Source of the DNA: an uncultured Nitrososphaerota archaeon
GTDB taxonomy: Archaea; Korarchaeota; Korarchaeia; Korarchaeales; Korarchaeaceae
NCBI GenBank assembly: GCA_964618805.1
Contig: CAZUBM010000005.1
Location: 1-64,000, forward strand
Direction: 5' to 3'
DNA length: 64,000 bases
Under the pieces are notes generated by a model. The model searched no databases and had not been told where the DNA came from. It was given only the letters and a program-made list of their open reading frames with translations. How positions within the stretch are numbered: position 1 is the stretch's first letter; each line of letters opens with the position of its first letter. This document shows, piece by piece, positions 18,377 through 28,338 of this stretch. Both the position numbers and the translations under genes were made by a program.

Positions 18377-19470
18377 AAGGATTGATTACTTTACTTCGCA
18401 AATATATTAAACCGATATCCGAATCCATCATATCCGTTTTGATTGGGGTTGTTGTAGGCAGCATTATCATACTTCTGGCAGGTTATAGTCCATTAGTCTT
18501 TTATGAGGCCCTCTTTTCTGGTTCTTTTAAACACACTAGAGCTTTCTTAGATACGCTAAGCTATATGATCCCGCTCACAATGACAGCTTTATCCTTTGCA
18601 GTAGCTGCAAGGGCCTCGGTATTCAATATAGGTGCAGAGGGACAGATGTATATGGGAGCATTGATTGCAAACATCGTTGGAACCTACATTAGGTTGCCGA
18701 GACTAATACATCCTTTTGTTGCTGTTATAGCGGCTTTTCTGGCAGGAGGCTTCTGGGGATGGCTGGCAGGCATCCTTAAAACAAAAAGAAAGGTAAATGA
18801 GGTTGTTTCAACCATCATGCTTAATTGGATCGCATTTTACATAGTTAATTACGTCAGTACATACCATATTTTCGATCCAAAGGCTCCTTACAAGACGGCT
18901 TATGTTCTTGAGAGCAGCAGATTTCCACCATTGGTCAAGGGCACCTCCTTCACCGCTGACTTCATAATAGCAATTTTTGTGGCTATTATAGTTTTCTTTC
19001 TTGTTTGGAAAACATCACTTGGATATGAGATAAGGGCAGTAGGCCTGAATCCAACAGCTGCAGAATATGGAGGCGTAAATCCGGGTAAAATAGCTTCAAT
19101 TGCCATGTTCATAGCGGGAGGTTGTGGGGGTCTAGCTGGAGCCTTCTTAGTTCTGGGAAGGTTTGGCTTCATAACCACAACTCTTACGAACGTCTTAAAC
19201 TGGGGATTTGATGGAATTGCTGTATCTCTTGTTGGAAGAAATCATCCCCTAGGCATCATAATTTCGTCCTTCTTCTTTGCAATCCTAAACAGCGGGGCCC
19301 TAGAGGTCCAAGTAGCAACCTCAAAAGGAGGGCAGATTGGCGTTCCATACGAGCTTGTCTTAGCTGTTATGGGAATAATAGTAATTGCTGTCTCTGTCCC
19401 GGGCCTTCTTGATTTGATTAGAGCTAGGTTAAGAGGAAGAAAGGAGGTGGAGAAAGTTGCCATGGCTTAA
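18373..19470 (+). CDS. nucleoside ABC permease (NupB-like)
   Basis: FNIGAEGQ, NEVVSTIMLNW, GFDGIAVSLVG. Confidence 0.93.
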   Translation: MKGLITLLRKYIKPISESIISVLIGVVVGSIIILLAGYSPLVFYEALFSGSFKHTRAFLDTLSYMIPLTMTALSFAVAARASVFNIGAEGQMYMGALIANIVGTYIRLPRLIHPFVAVIAAFLAGGFWGWLAGILKTKRKVNEVVSTIMLNWIAFYIVNYVSTYHIFDPKAPYKTAYVLESSRFPPLVKGTSFTADFIIAIFVAIIVFFLVWKTSLGYEIRAVGLNPTAAEYGGVNPGKIASIAMFIAGGCGGLAGAFLVLGRFGFITTTLTNVLNWGFDGIAVSLVGRNHPLGIIISSFFFAILNSGALEVQVATSKGGQIGVPYELVLAVMGIIVIAVSVPGLLDLIRARLRGRKEVEKVAMA

Positions 19471-20356
19471 AATACTCTCGTTCTTACTATATCCAACATT
19501 CTATGCTGGAATGCTCAGATTGATGGTTCCAATAGTGCTAGGAGCGCTGGGGGAGGTTATTGCTGAGAGATCGGGTGTAGTGAACATAGGACTTGAGGGG
19601 ATAATACTTCTAGGAGCTCTGTTCTCAACATATGTAGGTCATAAGACTGTGAACCTGTGGTTTGCAATAGGCGCTGGACTCTTCGTGGGGTTGATTGTGG
19701 GGCTCTTGCATGCTTTAATAGCTGTTTACTTGGCGGGCGATCAAATTATAGATGGCGTGGGTCTTAACATGTTTGCTCTAGGAATAGGAGAGGTAGTACT
19801 ATACCTAACTTGGGGCAGTTTTGCAACGAGCCCTCAACTGCCGAGAGAGGCGAGGGTTCCAAGTATGGGTGGTTTCAGCCCATTTGTGATCCTTACAATA
19901 GCTCTTGCTATACTCTCCTGGTTCTTCTTAGAAAAAACAAAGTGGGGACTTAGACTTAGGGCAGCAGGGGAGAATCCTGTTGCCGCAGAAGCTGCTGGTA
20001 TAGATGTGTATAAGATCAGGGTCATAGCTACAGTAGCTGGTTCTATGCTAACAGCATTAGCTGGCATATTCCTCGCATTAGATTGGCTTGGAGGCTATAC
20101 AAAGAATGTTAGTGCAGGGAGAGGATTCATAGCCTTAGCTTTGGTTGTATTTTCCAGATGGAATCCGATAGTGGCGCTAGGAGGAGGACTTATCTTTGGA
20201 TTCTGCTATGCGTTCTCTCTTTCCATACCCAGTGGTATAATAGCTGATCAAGTGCTTTATTCTGTACCATACGTAGCCACCCTCTTGATATCGATGGGCT
20301 TCCTCGCAAAGGCTAGACCTCCGGGAGCCGTTGGAAGGCCATACAAGAGGGTGTGA
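19457..20356 (+). CDS. nucleoside ABC permease (NupC-like)
   Basis: ERSGVVNIGLEG, GLRLRAAGENP, GRGFIALA. Confidence 0.93.
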   Translation: MPWLKILSFLLYPTFYAGMLRLMVPIVLGALGEVIAERSGVVNIGLEGIILLGALFSTYVGHKTVNLWFAIGAGLFVGLIVGLLHALIAVYLAGDQIIDGVGLNMFALGIGEVVLYLTWGSFATSPQLPREARVPSMGGFSPFVILTIALAILSWFFLEKTKWGLRLRAAGENPVAAEAAGIDVYKIRVIATVAGSMLTALAGIFLALDWLGGYTKNVSAGRGFIALALVVFSRWNPIVALGGGLIFGFCYAFSLSIPSGIIADQVLYSVPYVATLLISMGFLAKARPPGAVGRPYKRV

Positions 20357-20365
20357 TCGGGGATC

Positions 20366-21025
20366 TTGAAGAAGGAGGATAAGCTTAAGATAATAGCCAT
20401 TAAGCAGCTTGATAAATTAATTACTAAAGAACTTGGTTCTCTCCATCCTGAGTTAAAAAAGTACTTACAAGAAGTAGGAGCCATAGAAGGCAACCAATTT
20501 TTTCCGGTGAAAGCAGCAATTGCCCTAGTAAAAATAGGAGTTTCTGTTGAGAGAACAGCCAAGCTTTTGAATTGGAAAGAGTTTGAATCTCTATGCGAAG
20601 AGATCCTTAATTCTCATGGATATAGCACGATTAAACACCTAAGATTTTCCTTTAAAGAGAGGGGGTATGAGATTGATCTTTTAGCACTTTCTAGTCGGCT
20701 TATGCTCTCAATTGATTGCAAGAGGTGGTCTTATGTTAGAAAATCTTCGCTTTTAGAGGCAGCGTTGCGGCAGAAGGAGAGAACAGAAGCCCTTTCTCAA
20801 GTTTTCCCTAGTTTGAAGGGATTTAAACTAACTTCTGGAAGTACAAATTTAATTCCAATGGTGATTTGTTGGATTCCAGAGGGGGCAGGAGTATATCAAG
20901 GAATTCCGATAGTCCCTCTACATTCGTTTAACTCCTACTTGATAGAATTTGATCCCTTGGACAGCAATATCTTAAGGAAGAAACTCCCTTGGAAAGTTAG
21001 GCTTAAAGAGTCATTTCTAAAGTAA
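20366..21025 (+). CDS. PD-(D/E)XK restriction-endonuclease-like (Mrr/NERD-like) protein
   Basis: WKEFE, EIDLLA, IDCKRW. Confidence 0.75.
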   Translation: MKKEDKLKIIAIKQLDKLITKELGSLHPELKKYLQEVGAIEGNQFFPVKAAIALVKIGVSVERTAKLLNWKEFESLCEEILNSHGYSTIKHLRFSFKERGYEIDLLALSSRLMLSIDCKRWSYVRKSSLLEAALRQKERTEALSQVFPSLKGFKLTSGSTNLIPMVICWIPEGAGVYQGIPIVPLHSFNSYLIEFDPLDSNILRKKLPWKVRLKESFLK

Positions 21026-21452
21026 AACCCTCCTCAGCAGGCTTCTCTTCCCTCAGGAAATTCTTCACTTTTGGAGAGCTCACTAAATATAATAGGCAGG
21101 AAAGGGAAATAAGAGCGGTTAAAATAGATAATATGGATCCAGAAAGAGCATTAAATGTTCCAAAAATAGCAGATATAGCAAATAGAGATGCTGTCGTGAA
21201 GAAAGCCCACATCTTTCCTCTCCCCAATTCTAATGCCACAGCAAATACTATGATCGAAGTTGCGATCGAGATAATTCCCCCGGCAATCCCTGGCTTAGGC
21301 AGCTCCCATTTTGCACCTAGAATTCTTAAAAAAGGGTTTAAAGGAGAGCCAGGCAGATTAAGCAGCCCTGACAATCCTGTAGCGAGCAAAACCGCCGAAA
21401 CTGCTAAGAGAATAGAGTTTATGACAGAGATTCCCAATGGAACTTTCTTCAT
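21003..21452 (-). CDS. four-TM hypothetical membrane protein
   Basis: Four hydrophobic helices; ATGA-coupled to prs. Confidence 0.7.
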   Translation of the reverse strand: MKKVPLGISVINSILLAVSAVLLATGLSGLLNLPGSPLNPFLRILGAKWELPKPGIAGGIISIATSIIVFAVALELGRGKMWAFFTTASLFAISAIFGTFNALSGSILSILTALISLSCLLYLVSSPKVKNFLREEKPAEEGFTLEMTL

Positions 21453-22357
21453 TTTCCTCTAATCTCCTCCACTAATTGATCGACAACGCTTGCTTTAGAA
21501 CCTTCCCATATAAGGGTATCTGCTGCTATGATCTCATTCGCTCCAGCCCCTATTATTCTGTCTAGAGCATTGCTTACGAGAACTGGATGTACAAATGCTG
21601 AATAGACCCTTCTAGCTCCCATTTTCTTTACAGCTCTTACTGCGTTTGCCATAGTTCCACCTGTTGAGACTATGTCGTCTATAACAACTGCATCTCTATC
21701 TCTTACATCTATCTCCTTTATCGTTGTTTTGATTTCTCCGGTTTCTACGTCTCTTTCCTTAACGAAGGCTGTGTAATCATCTGTTCCCAGATATTCAGCT
21801 ACCTCTTTAGCCCATACAATAGCCTCTTCATCAGGAGCTATGATGTACGGTTTAACTAAGTTCATCCGTTTTAGAACATCAGCAAGCGATGGAAAACCTG
21901 AAACGTTGACCCCCTGAGCCTTATGGAATAGGCTTGGGAATGATCCAACTCTGTGCAAGTGGACTGTCACAGCATATACGGTTTCAGCTCCAGCTTCTTC
22001 GAGTAAATTTGCAACATATTTAGCACTTAGAGGTTCTCCTGGTCTGAAGATGTTATCTTGTCTAGCGTAAGGGAAATACGGCATTATCACATGAATGCTA
22101 GATGCTCTTATGTGTTCTCTTAAGTTCCTTATAGTTAGGAGAACCTCCACAAGATATGAGTTAGGATTACAGCTTTTTGAGGGCATCCTCATAGAAAGAA
22201 TTATCTCTTTCCCTCTGAGTTGATCTTCTTTGTCGATTAAGACTCTTGGGCATAGCTCTCCGTCTGGAAAGACCCTTCTTTGCATGTCTACTAATTGAAT
22301 GCCGATTTTTGAAGCTAAATTTTGGTTAAAGTCGTCTGCAGGGCCGACTAGTATCAC
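21449..22357 (-). CDS. prs: ribose-phosphate pyrophosphokinase (class III)
   Basis: FPDGE, PYFPYARQD, APD, IDDIVSTGGT. Confidence 0.95.
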   Translation of the reverse strand: MILVGPADDFNQNLASKIGIQLVDMQRRVFPDGELCPRVLIDKEDQLRGKEIILSMRMPSKSCNPNSYLVEVLLTIRNLREHIRASSIHVIMPYFPYARQDNIFRPGEPLSAKYVANLLEEAGAETVYAVTVHLHRVGSFPSLFHKAQGVNVSGFPSLADVLKRMNLVKPYIIAPDEEAIVWAKEVAEYLGTDDYTAFVKERDVETGEIKTTIKEIDVRDRDAVVIDDIVSTGGTMANAVRAVKKMGARRVYSAFVHPVLVSNALDRIIGAGANEIIAADTLIWEGSKASVVDQLVEEIRGK

Positions 22358-22402
22358 TCTTAAACACCATTTAACTCACCTTCCTTAAGATTCAAAACTA
22401 TT

Positions 22403-23053
22403 ATGTTGTCCTTTTCCCAATATGTGGATATGACCATGAAAAAAGAATGGCAAGGTCTATTTGTTGCTATTGAGGGAATAGATGGAGCTGGACTTACCAC
22501 TCAGACAAAGATCTTAGCTGATAGAATTCGTTCACTTGGTAAGGAAGTTTTAGTTACTAAAGAGCCTACGACAGGTCCAATTGGTCAAATCATTCGTAAG
22601 GTGCTTAGTGGTGAACTCAAACATGAACCTTGTATGCTAGCACTCTTATTTGCTGCCGATAGAGCTTACCATTTTTCCTCTGAAATTCTACCAGCACTTC
22701 TTAACGGACAGATTGTAATCTCAGATAGATATGTCTTATCCTCTATGGCATATCAAGGGCTTTACCTACCTGTTTCTTGGATTAAAGAAGTGAATTCCTG
22801 CGTCCCACCGCCGGATATATGCATCCTAATAGATGTGGACGGGCTTACTGCCAGAGAGAGGATAGAGAGAAGGGGAAATAGAACGGAGATATTTGAGAGA
22901 GAGGGGGATGCTGAGCTAATAAGACGAAACTACCTGCAACTTGCAGAAGGTTTACCGTGGGTCAAGGTAGTCGATGGAAGAGGTTCGATAGATCGTGTTG
23001 CTAATCTTATTTGGAAAGTTATACGGCCTGAATTAATGGAGGTATCAACTTGA
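22403..23053 (+). CDS. tmk: thymidylate kinase
   Basis: EGIDGAGLTT, EP, LFAADR, DRY..SSMAYQ. Start probably 22430 or 22436. Confidence 0.92.
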   Translation: MLSFSQYVDMTMKKEWQGLFVAIEGIDGAGLTTQTKILADRIRSLGKEVLVTKEPTTGPIGQIIRKVLSGELKHEPCMLALLFAADRAYHFSSEILPALLNGQIVISDRYVLSSMAYQGLYLPVSWIKEVNSCVPPPDICILIDVDGLTARERIERRGNRTEIFEREGDAELIRRNYLQLAEGLPWVKVVDGRGSIDRVANLIWKVIRPELMEVST

Positions 23054-23877
23054 ACACATTCAAAAGCGCCGAAGAACCTGAGTTGAAGGGCGGAGTTCAA
23101 TATCACATTAGAGCTAGCCCCAAAGATGTCAGAAAGTATGTTTTACTCCCCGGAGACCCTGAAAGGGCAGAAAAAATCTCTAAAGAGTGGGATGAGAGGA
23201 GATTCGTAGCTAAACATAGAGAATATGTGATATACGTTGGGAAATATAAGGGAGTAGAACTCATGGTCTGCTCTACGGGTATAGGAGGACCCGCCGCTGG
23301 AATTGCAGTTGAAGAGCTATCTAGGCTAGGTGTTGATACTTTCATTAGAGTAGGAAGCACTGGATCTATCCTACCAGAAGCGAGGGTGGGAGATCTAATT
23401 ATTTCAACAGGAGCTGTAAGATTAGATGGGACGAGCAAGCAGTATGTAGTTCCTGAATATCCTGCTCTTGCGAGTTATGAGGTAATTATGGCCCTGATTG
23501 AAGCCGCAGAATCCTTTGGTTATAGGTATCATGTAGGAATAACTGCTTCGACAGACAGCTTCTACGTTGGTCAAGGTAGAAGAGGGTATGGAGGCTACTG
23601 GCAGAGTTGGATGAATAGCTTAATCAAAGACTTACAGAAAGCTCGAGTAATAAATTTTGAAATGGAAGCGGCTACTATTTTCACCCTCGCTAACCTTTTC
23701 GGTAAGAGAGCTGGTGCTGTATGTGCTGTTTATGCAGATAGGGTGAGGAATGAATTTGGCATTAAGGGAGAGATGGAAGCTATAAAAGTAGCCAATGAGG
23801 CGGTCCGAATCTTAGCGGAATGGGATGAGGTTAAAAGAGAGAAGAATAAAAGGTATTTCTATCCATCCATTTTGTAA
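23050..23877 (+). CDS. udp: uridine/nucleoside phosphorylase
   Basis: QYHI, LPGDPER, STGIGG, RVGSTG, FEME. Confidence 0.92.
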   Translation: MNTFKSAEEPELKGGVQYHIRASPKDVRKYVLLPGDPERAEKISKEWDERRFVAKHREYVIYVGKYKGVELMVCSTGIGGPAAGIAVEELSRLGVDTFIRVGSTGSILPEARVGDLIISTGAVRLDGTSKQYVVPEYPALASYEVIMALIEAAESFGYRYHVGITASTDSFYVGQGRRGYGGYWQSWMNSLIKDLQKARVINFEMEAATIFTLANLFGKRAGAVCAVYADRVRNEFGIKGEMEAIKVANEAVRILAEWDEVKREKNKRYFYPSIL

Positions 23878-23888
23878 GAGGTGATCCC

Positions 23889-24812
23889 TTGAAGTTCATA
23901 TCCATAGGACATGCTAACATTGACATTACTCTCTTTATACCAAAGCTGCCTTTACCAGATGAGGACGTTAAGGTCTTAGCAAGCATGGTAGGAACTGGAG
24001 GAGCAGCATCAAATTTTGCTATATGTGTAACAAAGTTGGGAGAGGATGCTGGACTTCTTGCTGTGGTTGGAGATGATTTGTTAGGAAAATTCTTCCTAAA
24101 TAAGCTTGCAGAGCATGGTGTTGATATCAGCAATGTTGTCATAGCTAAAGGGGCCACTACAGGAATGGTAGTGGTACTAAACGAGATAGGGAAACAAAGA
24201 AGAATGCTTTCAGTTTCGGGAGCAAATACCAAAATGAATACGAAGATCATCCAGGAATGGAGTACTGTAATATCAGATGCTGACTTCGTTCACGTAGCAT
24301 CTCTTGAGATAGAGAATGCCCTTGCCGTTGCAAGGAAAAGAGAAGACCTATCGTGGGATCCTGGAACTAAAGTTATAAGGCTGGGTTTAAAGAAACTTAA
24401 GCCCATGTTTAGATCCGTTAGAATAATCCTACTCAACAAAGAAGAGGCTAGAATCTTAACTGGAAGAGATGACATTAGAGAAGCTATGAAATTTATCTCA
24501 GAGCTCGGACCTAAAGAAATTATAGTCAAGATGGGAGCTAAAGGCTCCATTGCTCTTGTTGAGGGAGTGTTTTATAAAGCGCCGGCCCTTTCCCCTCTCG
24601 TTGTTGATACTACTGGCGCAGGGGATGTTTTCGATGCGACTTACTTACTTGCTAGAGCTAGAAATTATGAGATTGAAGAATCTCTAAAGCTAGCAAATGC
24701 TGCTTCTGCCCTTAAAATAAGTAGACCTGGCACAACGACCGGAATTCCTAGCTGGAACGAGATCTTAGTCATGTCATCAGCTTTCTATGGATCTTTGAGG
24801 GAGATTTCATGA
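23889..24812 (+). CDS. PfkB/ribokinase-family kinase
   Basis: GGAASN, VGDDLLG, NKEE, DTTGAGD. Confidence 0.92.
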   Translation: MKFISIGHANIDITLFIPKLPLPDEDVKVLASMVGTGGAASNFAICVTKLGEDAGLLAVVGDDLLGKFFLNKLAEHGVDISNVVIAKGATTGMVVVLNEIGKQRRMLSVSGANTKMNTKIIQEWSTVISDADFVHVASLEIENALAVARKREDLSWDPGTKVIRLGLKKLKPMFRSVRIILLNKEEARILTGRDDIREAMKFISELGPKEIIVKMGAKGSIALVEGVFYKAPALSPLVVDTTGAGDVFDATYLLARARNYEIEESLKLANAASALKISRPGTTTGIPSWNEILVMSSAFYGSLREIS

Positions 24813-25810
24813 GACAGATCAAACCTAAGCTCATCACAGCCTTTTTTGCTCTCATTGGAGTGGCTGTTTTCGTAATTCTAGCTTCTAAAATGGATCTTAA
24901 TCAAGTTAAAAGTGCTTTAATTGAAATAGGTGTAATTCCAGTAGTTCTCTCGTTGATTTTAGTTCATATTGGATATGTTCTATATTCTCTTGCATGGTTC
25001 ATGTTCTTGGGAGGAGGTATAAGCTTCCTTGAAGTGTATCTCTCTACGTGGGCTGGCGTTTTCATTCACTACATTATACCAGCTGGCCTACTTTCAATGG
25101 ATACCTTTAGGATTTATATTGCCAACAAAAGGGGGATAGATGTCCCAAAAGCAGCTTTATCGGTTGCTTTGCACAGAATAGCCATGTTATTTCCGTTTCT
25201 CCTAAGCGTTCTACTAGGAATGCTTTACCTCTTTATTTCTGGGTTAGAATTAAGCAGTGCCGGAATCAAAGCTGTTGCGATTACTACAGTCACCGCTTTT
25301 TTGATCATTTTTGCATTTTATGTAAGCACGAATAAGAAAGTATTGATAGGTATCATAAACTTCATAGGCAAGCTTGCCAAGAGAGACACTACAAAAGAGA
25401 GAGACATGGCGGAGCAATACGTAGAGGGCTTTAGGATACTAAAAAGCGACAAAAGACTTATGACAATTGCTCTCATTTTATCTTTTAGTAGTTGGCTTCT
25501 CGACCTAACCCCTATATTTATATTGTTTCGTGCTCTAGGGCTTGATATTCCTTTCATGCTTGGCGCTCTCATATATTCTCTGAATATAATTATGCTTAGA
25601 CTTAGCTTTGGCGTTCCTGGAAACATAGGATTTAGGGAGTTTGTTTCTGTTGAAATCTTGAAAGCTTTTGGAATAGCAAGCGAGTTGGCTTTTGCTATTA
25701 CTCTGATAATGGCTGATGTTGTAATTTTTGCTAACCAACTCGTTTTTGGATTTATTGCTTATATGATAGTGCTAAGAAGAATTCATAGAGTTAAAAGTCA
25801 AAAAAGCTGA
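24809..25810 (+). CDS. UPF0104 / LPG-synthase-TM flippase-like membrane protein
   Basis: Multi-TM; IIPAG, PGNIGFRE. Confidence 0.8.
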   Translation: MRQIKPKLITAFFALIGVAVFVILASKMDLNQVKSALIEIGVIPVVLSLILVHIGYVLYSLAWFMFLGGGISFLEVYLSTWAGVFIHYIIPAGLLSMDTFRIYIANKRGIDVPKAALSVALHRIAMLFPFLLSVLLGMLYLFISGLELSSAGIKAVAITTVTAFLIIFAFYVSTNKKVLIGIINFIGKLAKRDTTKERDMAEQYVEGFRILKSDKRLMTIALILSFSSWLLDLTPIFILFRALGLDIPFMLGALIYSLNIIMLRLSFGVPGNIGFREFVSVEILKAFGIASELAFAITLIMADVVIFANQLVFGFIAYMIVLRRIHRVKSQKS

Positions 25811-25873
25811 ACTTTATCAGCTCTCCTAGAGCTCTTAATGATATGACTAAAAGAGCGTGGATGGAGGAGATTC

Positions 25874-26152
25874 ATGTCTAAATCCAACGTTAAGGAATTT
25901 CTAATAGTAATGGGGACTATTTTCTTAATGGAAATGGCTGATAAGACCCAATTAGGCGCAGTGAGCTTTTCTGAAAAGACATCAAGACCTTAGTTAGTTT
26001 ATCTAGCCACTGTATTCGGATTAGCCCTCGCTTCAGTCATTTCTGTTGCTCTTGGAAGATGTTTGACTTTTTTATTGCCAGAAAGATACCTAAGATATTT
26101 AATCGCAGCAATTTTTGTCTTAACTGGGATCTTAACTGCTATGGGACATTAA
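25874..26152 (+). pseudogene. GDT1/TMEM165 (UPF0016) half-size cation transporter with in-frame TAG at 25991-25993
   Basis: GGAGGAG SD; FLMEMADKTQL motif; ...SRP*LVYLA...; frame continues through more TM segments to TAA. Confidence 0.85.
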
Positions 26153-26267
26153 TCCTCTTTTTTGATGAAAGAATATTTTGGCTTGTAGATTAAATCTGCT
26201 ATTAAACTCTCACCCGTTCTCCGGTCAGCATAGTTGAGAGTGCCGTGAATTCGGTCAGTTCTTTCTC

Positions 26268-26579
26268 CTATAAATCTATGACTTCCTTAATTTTGTCGTC
26301 TTGATTATTTACTATGTTGCTTAAGTCCTCTCTAGCAATCTCAGCTAAGAGCCTACCAAGGGAAGTCAACCTCACTGGAATACCCTTCCTTTCCTCATCC
26401 CCACATTGAATTAAACCTAGAGATCTCAGGTTTCTGAGACTCCACTTAGCAGTGGATAGAGGAATGCCTTCATCCGCCAATCTTACAGCTAAAGAACTCA
26501 TTGTGTACCTTTCCAATTCACAATCTAAAAGTCTAACAAGAATTTTTCGCTGTGAAGGAGAAAGACCTTTTAATGCCAA
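26268..26579 (-). CDS. winged-helix DNA-binding protein
   Basis: LSPSQRKIL, PLSTAKWSLRNLRSLGLI, VRLTSLG. Confidence 0.8.
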   Translation of the reverse strand: MALKGLSPSQRKILVRLLDCELERYTMSSLAVRLADEGIPLSTAKWSLRNLRSLGLIQCGDEERKGIPVRLTSLGRLLAEIAREDLSNIVNNQDDKIKEVIDL

Positions 26580-26868
26580 TTTCAGAAGAGATTTATAAGG
26601 AAACAGCTCTTTAGTCTCGATATACTCAGATTTAGCAGCTGAAGACCCAACGATCCCTCCGGATAATAAATAGAACGCCTCTCTCTCCCATTCAGATCCC
26701 TGTCTCTGAGGAAAGGAGCGTGCTTAAAACTCTTATGGTCAACTTAGATTAACCTATACAAAATGTTCCTACAAGCTTGAATAAGTTATTCCTCTGTTAA
26801 GCACTCTAAGGATCTAACACTAGAACTCATATTCGTTTTCCTTGTACGAAGACAAAATGTAGAGAATT

Positions 26869-28050
26869 CTACACGTTTGGAAATTTCTCCTCTATAAACT
26901 CTTTTATTCTTCTTAGCCCCTCCCTAATCATATCCTTGCTTGTTGCAAAGGAAAGCCTTAAGTAGCCCTCTCCCTCTGGTCCAAAGGCAGTTCCAGGCAA
27001 GAGAGCAACTCCTGCTTCCTCTAAAATCATATCAGCAAGTTCAGAGCTTTTTACACCAAGCTTCTTTGTGTTTGGGAATGCATAAAATGTGGCCGCAGGT
27101 TTTATCATACTGAAACCTGGAATTGAGTTCAGTCCTTCAAAAATCAGATCTCTGCGTTCCTGATATTCTTGAACCATCTTTCTCACATCATCTTGTGGCC
27201 CCCTTATCGCTTCAATTGCTGCAATTTGTACAAAATGTACTGGACAGGACGTAGTGTTAAGCTGTATTTTAGCTATCTTCTCCGTAATCTCCTTAGGAGC
27301 TACGGCCCATCCAAGGCGCCATCCTGTCATAGACCAAGTCTTGGAAAAACCACTAATCAGCACGGTCCTTTCCTTTGCTCCAGGAATAGAAAGGACGCTC
27401 TCATGCTTCTTACCATCGAACACGATTTCTTCATAGATCTCATCCGAGACTATAAGCAAATCTCTTTCTTCCGCAACCTCTACGATGGCCTTTAAGTCTT
27501 CTTTTGTATAAACACCTCCCGTAGGATTACATGGGGTATTTATGACAATAACCTTGGTTTTCTCGGTCACAGCCTCTGCAATTTCCTCTCCACTTGGACT
27601 GAATCTCCTTTCCTCCCTAAGACGAACATGAACAGGTTTACCACCAACAAAATTAGTAACGCTGTCATAGCTGGGATATGCTGGTGCTGGAATTATCACC
27701 TCGTCCCCAGGATTAACAAAGGCCATAAGTGCGCCGAAAATAGCTAATTTTGCTCCAACAGTCATGACAACCTCTTCAGGGCTTATGTCTATCCCTCTGC
27801 TCTCTGAAACATAATCTGCAACCGCTTCTCGGAGTTCATAGATCCCTGTGGATGGGGTATATGAGGTCATTCCTTTATCTAACGCTTTTTTAGCTGCCTC
27901 TATTATGTGTTTGGGGGTTGGAAAGTCTGGTTGTCCTATTTCCATATGAACTATGGAGCGTCCTTGTCTCTCTAATTCCTTAGCTCTAGCTAAAACGATA
28001 AAAGCTCCTTCAACACCTAAGACATCCATTCTTTTTGCAAAATCTGGCAT
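26869..28050 (-). CDS. class I/II PLP aminotransferase (AspB-like)
   Basis: GQPDF, NTPCNPTG, SDEIY, SKTWSMTGWRLG. Confidence 0.95.
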   Translation of the reverse strand: MPDFAKRMDVLGVEGAFIVLARAKELERQGRSIVHMEIGQPDFPTPKHIIEAAKKALDKGMTSYTPSTGIYELREAVADYVSESRGIDISPEEVVMTVGAKLAIFGALMAFVNPGDEVIIPAPAYPSYDSVTNFVGGKPVHVRLREERRFSPSGEEIAEAVTEKTKVIVINTPCNPTGGVYTKEDLKAIVEVAEERDLLIVSDEIYEEIVFDGKKHESVLSIPGAKERTVLISGFSKTWSMTGWRLGWAVAPKEITEKIAKIQLNTTSCPVHFVQIAAIEAIRGPQDDVRKMVQEYQERRDLIFEGLNSIPGFSMIKPAATFYAFPNTKKLGVKSSELADMILEEAGVALLPGTAFGPEGEGYLRLSFATSKDMIREGLRRIKEFIEEKFPNV

Positions 28051-28171
28051 GGTCTCTCGTGTCTAGATATTTTAATAAAAATCTTAAACATTACTACTTT
28101 CTTTCAGGAATCATTAACCGGGTTAGAACGAAGCGTACATTGGCCTGTTTTTATGTTTTCTTAACTCGGTG

Positions 28172-28211
28172 AATTATAGCATAAAATTGATGAGGATTTT
28201 ATGCTATAATT
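28172..28211. repeat. perfect 16-bp inverted repeat with 8-nt loop
   Basis: AATTATAGCATAAAAT-tgatgagg-ATTTTATGCTATAATT. Confidence 0.9.
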
Positions 28212-28338
28212 TTTCTTATGGGCCTAAGTTTAGTTCTCTTTAGATTATTTACAATATTAACAATTCTATTTCAAAATAATTAAGAAAAGCTTAAGGATCA
28301 TAAATTTGTCATGACAGAGAAGGGATAAGGTATTTTAA

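Noticed and set aside
25991-25993. Genome-wide TAG reassignment
   Set aside because: TAG terminates conserved genes at expected lengths (moaC, rps17e, polB1); only one in-frame case seen.
28188-28193. TGATGA as the C box of an sRNA (also near 26163)
   Set aside because: No CTGA D box at suitable distance and no rRNA-complementary guide.
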